This document shows positions 60,310 through 64,000 of a stretch of 64,000 nt of DNA, piece after piece; positions within the stretch are counted from its first letter, which is position 1, and each line of letters starts with the position of its first letter. The translations under genes were made by a program, and so were the position numbers. The stretch comes from Phallusia mammillata (taxonomy: Eukaryota), in contig OZ281496.1 of the NCBI GenBank assembly GCA_965637545.1, positions 13,702,001 to 13,766,000 of the forward strand. The letters are read 5' to 3'. The notes beneath the pieces are model-generated. The model made no database searches. It worked only from the letters and a program-made list of their open reading frames with translations, and was not told the DNA's origin.

Positions 60310-62700
60310 ATTATTAGCCCTCACGACACCACTTTTCGCCGACTTGCACGTTTTCTGGAGGAATACCCAAACACACAGCGGCTGCAGACATTTAAAAAGG
60401 GCCACAATTTCCAGAATTCTTCGATTGTTTGGTAACACCAGGAAAAATACAATTCAGCTGTTTATGTTTAAATGAAACAAGTTTGGATAGAATGAACTGA
60501 TCGTAAGGGCTATACTACGCTTTAGGGGCGCTGTCATAAACAACAATCGTTTGTTTGTATGGTGGAAAAATGTTAGATACAGTTACCCAGTGATTTCCAT
60601 GTACATTAACGATTTGGACAAACAATTTTGTGGGCGTGTATACCGGGTTATTATTCGCTAATTCGGAGAAACAACTTTGTAAATTCATAACATTCGGAAA
60701 CTGCTGTGCCTACATGTACATTGCCGAGTCGATGTGCGAATCATCTAACCATTCATCTCGCTTGCAGCAAATCCGAATGATCTTGACAATTCTCGAAAAA
60801 TCTGGTGTTTCAGCACTGCAGCGTCTCACAGAACAATCTTTCGGCACGGGACAGCTATCTTGCTTTTTGTCTTGCTTTACAGGGGCCTGCATATACTTGC
60901 CTAGATTTTTATTTGGAGTCGTTACTCCACTTTTCCTCAGGTTTTTGTGCTCTTACTCTTTCTCTGACCCCATCTTTATACTGCCGAACAAGTCCAAGAT
61001 GCGTATCTGCATAAAGCTATGCAAACTCATGCACCCTCTTCTTTTTAACTCTTGCGGACTCTTTTCCATACTACCCTGCGATCTGTCGTCTTTCGTAAAA
61101 TTTGGCTGGACTCTGTTTGCACCTTCACAAACAATAATTTTTGCAAGCAAAGTGTGTCCCCGTGTCGAGCATCAATCCTGACCAAAGCGACATTTTCGGA
61201 AGTTTGTATTTAATAATTTTTTCCCAAAGTTCTGGACAAAAAAATCATTGGTTTGAACCTTACCATCTGATTGTACGTTGTTGTACGTTGTCTTTAGCCC
61301 GTGTGATTACTTTTTGTAAGTTATCAAACAATGTGTCGGACGTTCCAGCCAAAGTTTCGCCAAACTAGACATCGTCGTTTGCGTCCGAAACGGTTTTTTT
61401 TCGGATTGCGGCTAACTTTCTGCTGCAAAATCGTCCCCAGCTTCCCTCTATGTAAAGCGCGTCCAGCGTAGGAAACAAAATTGTCATTTGATACACAATT
61501 TGTTTTTATTTCCTCCATGGACTTTGAAGTTTTTCATGTTCTTTGCAGCGTGGCTGCCACACAAATGCATAAACACAGCTTTGCAACCGTTTCTGCGATT
61601 TCCAAACCATCCTAAGAAAACTTAGCCAAAACAGATAGGATGAGCAGAACACTACGTCAAAGCCAGGGGTGCGTTTTGCTGCAAAATGTCCCATAAAATG
61701 TTTATTTGATGTTGTGTTGTGAGGTATTCTATACCCTTGTGCGGATTTCGTAAGCTGCATTAAACAGGGTTCTGTCATGAAAACTTCGCTATGTCTGTTC
61801 TGACCAAAGCATAACAAAACGCGACTCGCACGGCCATTTTCTTATACCACCTGGAAGATTTTTTCCGACACCGTTTTCTTTCGGTCTGCCTCCATCTCGT
61901 TTTCATCTAAAACCTGGATTTGTGATTCGGGAATCCATTTGACCTGCTTTCCGCGGAAAAAAATAGCATTTATTCTGTCATAATAGTTGTCATAAGAGCA
62001 TAATAGCGTATGGAACCTATAGCCTGCAGTAATTCTCACAACTCTTTCTTGGAGAATCCAAAGGTTTTCGTTTTCACTGCTGTTTTAGATGCACGATATG
62101 CATCTTGCATGTTGATTTTTGCGTCTTAAAAGCTAATGAATAGCTGTTAAAAAGATCTGATCTTGTAAAACTGTTTTGTAACTTATCTATAAACAAAACT
62201 GCGTTTTTGGCGAAAAATAGGACTAATTGGGTTGGTAACAAACATGCCTCTTTTGAAACCGTCTGGAACATTGCTCACCCAGATATTAAATGGACAATTT
62301 GAAACATTGAAAAAAATACAAGGCGATCGGGGTTGTCGAGTGTTACGACAATTGACAGTTGCTGGCAGGACGTTAATTGTAAGGCCCCTGATATTGTGGT
62401 GGCATGAATGACAACGAAGTGAGTTCAGAGAGATTGGACAAGTATGATTGAAGCTATCAACCGTAGACACAAGAGTCGAAGGGGATTAACTGCTTGTAAA
62501 GATGACAAAAGAGCATGTTTATATCATCACATAAATTCAGTTTTACACTCCTCAGCTTCTGTCTTAAGATTTCCACAATTCTGTGAAATTCTTAGTTTAG
62601 AACTACCACACAATTTGTGGTCAAATTTCACTGACAATCTCTGTGTCACATAGGTACTTGGCTACAAGCATATTTGCAACATTTGTTGTGAGAAGTAAAA
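60310..62700 (-). pseudogene. NOF/FB-like Mutator-type transposase relic with a C-terminal Ulp1-like cysteine protease
   Basis: KLPKMSLWSGLMLD and RSQGSMEKSPQELK (NOF-like motifs as I recall them), then WLDDSHIDSAMYM*AQQFP...FVQIVNVHGNHWVTVSNIF...VVYDS...KQSKNSGNCG (His-Asp-Cys triad). The upstream boundary is approximate. Confidence 0.65.
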
Positions 62701-63779
62701 TAGCTGATCACCATCAAATACTTATAGTGGCGTCAAGACCCGAGATCGAAGAAAACAACTGTTTTGCTGACAAAATACATATAGTTCAAAGAATCAGCAA
62801 AACTGACAATTTGCATTAGAAATACTAGTCGCTAAAGAGCTAGTGGATAATTCATGTGATGTTTTTTCTGTGCCAAAGCACGGAACAGCATTTCCAGTAT
62901 ATCAGTTGAAAGGTCATCAACTTGAGTTGTGACATTTGGACCAACGAATGATGGGAATTTTGAAAAAAGGATTTCAATAAGGAATTGCTTTCAGCCTAAT
63001 TTGTAAAGGCATATCGTTTTTATTGGTTAAGGGTTGGGGTACCAGGACAAAATACACCATCACTCTCAGCCCGCCAGTTTGACCTAGCCAAATTGCATGG
63101 TTGTGTCTGTGTCAAACAATGGCTAAAGGGGTTAAACGTTAAGACGGTGTAGTATGATATTGGGACAAGTTGCGAGAACGAATTTAAGTGAAGCGAATTT
63201 GCATCTGAGCACAAAACTGATTAGCACATCTGGGCAGTTCGACCATAATGTGCAAGACAAATTGTGGTGATACCCTTCTCGTGGTGGCGATTAAACACGA
63301 TGGAGGGGATTCCAAAAATGTGGTCCAGGATAAGTCGATGAAGAGCCTGGTGTCGTTAACCAAATAAGGGAAAATGGACGTTCAGACTCATCCTTTTATG
63401 AGATAACGAAGATTGAGTCCTGGGGCAGAGCCTCTCCTCAAATGGGTCTACACCGAGACCCTGGCAAACTATAGAAAGCTCTTCAGATGCGAAGAAGTGA
63501 GGTCACCTTTTCATTTTTGTCGGGTATCGCCTCGATCACTTTTTGTCATACTATATTCGTGACTTACTTAAATAAATGGCAGTAAGCAATTGCCCACGTC
63601 GACATACGTTGCAATATTGCCGAAACGTTGCAAACAAATTGAAATTAAGTGTAAATCCCACACAGTGCTTAACCAAAACAAACGTTTCGTTGTAAGACTG
63701 TAGGACCAACCACTCCGTTTGGTGCGTGGTCTGAGTGTGCAGTCTCGCAGGAAGAGGTTTGGCAGGGTTAGAGACTTGG

Positions 63780-63960
63780 CTGGGATCGGAAGGTATTGCA
63801 CAAGGTGGCGCCCGCCATTGGAGGTTTTGTAGGAAAGAGGGTTAGACTTAGGTGGTATCGGAGGTTTTGCATTAGAAGAGTTATCGTCTTAGGTGGAATC
63901 GGACGTTTTTGCAGGAGAAGGGTTATCGACTTGGCGGGGCTACGGGGTCTCGATTTCTGA
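63780..63960 (+). repeat. Imperfect ~40-bp tandem repeats in a GC-richer segment
   Basis: GGAGGTTTTG...AGGGTTAGACTTAGGTGGTATC / GGAGGTTTTG...AGAGTTATCGTCTTAGGTGGAATC / GGACGTTTTTG...AGGGTTATCGACTTGG. Confidence 0.6.
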
Positions 63961-64000
63961 CCACGCTGTGCACAAAGTTGGTGCGTTAACAATTGAGTGA

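Noticed and set aside
63500-63560. KVIEAIPDKNEKV on the minus strand resembling the BEL/Pao integrase tail
   Set aside because: Flanking frames do not continue the pattern, so there is not enough support.
63760-63930. AGGGTTAG motifs resembling telomeric repeats
   Set aside because: Isolated occurrences within longer ~40-bp units, not tandem hexamers.
1-64000. Uniform antisense orientation of TEs, as in uni-strand piRNA clusters
   Set aside because: Coding strands of the elements are mixed between plus and minus, with no clear bias.

Overview
AT-rich eukaryotic DNA, probably from an invertebrate (the transposon genes carry short introns of about 60-180 nt; the species cannot be determined from sequence alone). 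I found no convincing host gene, rRNA, tRNA or CRISPR array. The window is a dense, multiply nested transposon graveyard. Contents in order: (1) an L2/CR1 RT fragment and a DINE-1/HINE-like element with ~155-bp internal repeats; (2) a spliced Helentron/Helitron2 Rep relic (~4.3-18.9 kb) split by four direct insertions: two GTF2IRD2/SPIN-like hATs (one with an intact 624-aa transposase, one with a single-base frameshift), a three-deep hAT MITE nest and a two-LTR Ty3/Gypsy element; (3) three PIF/Harbinger elements, each with a different Myb/SANT/MADF partner gene; (4) two opposite-facing ZMYM1-like hAT copies, one intact (692 aa); (5) a Buster-type hAT deletion derivative; (6) relics of Penelope, L1, Kolobok, pogo and NOF-like Mutator (with a Ulp1-like protease) elements, plus further Gypsy pieces. 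Most interesting: a 106-bp TSD-flanked insertion that is essentially a type I hammerhead ribozyme with an inverted partial copy of itself (49591-49696); a second minimal hammerhead downstream of the Penelope GIY-YIG ORF; a Gypsy element with a self-complementary sequence instead of a tRNA PBS; two gag-only CsRn1-like units; and an unclassified coding family present twice. Family names come from motif recognition, not database searches.
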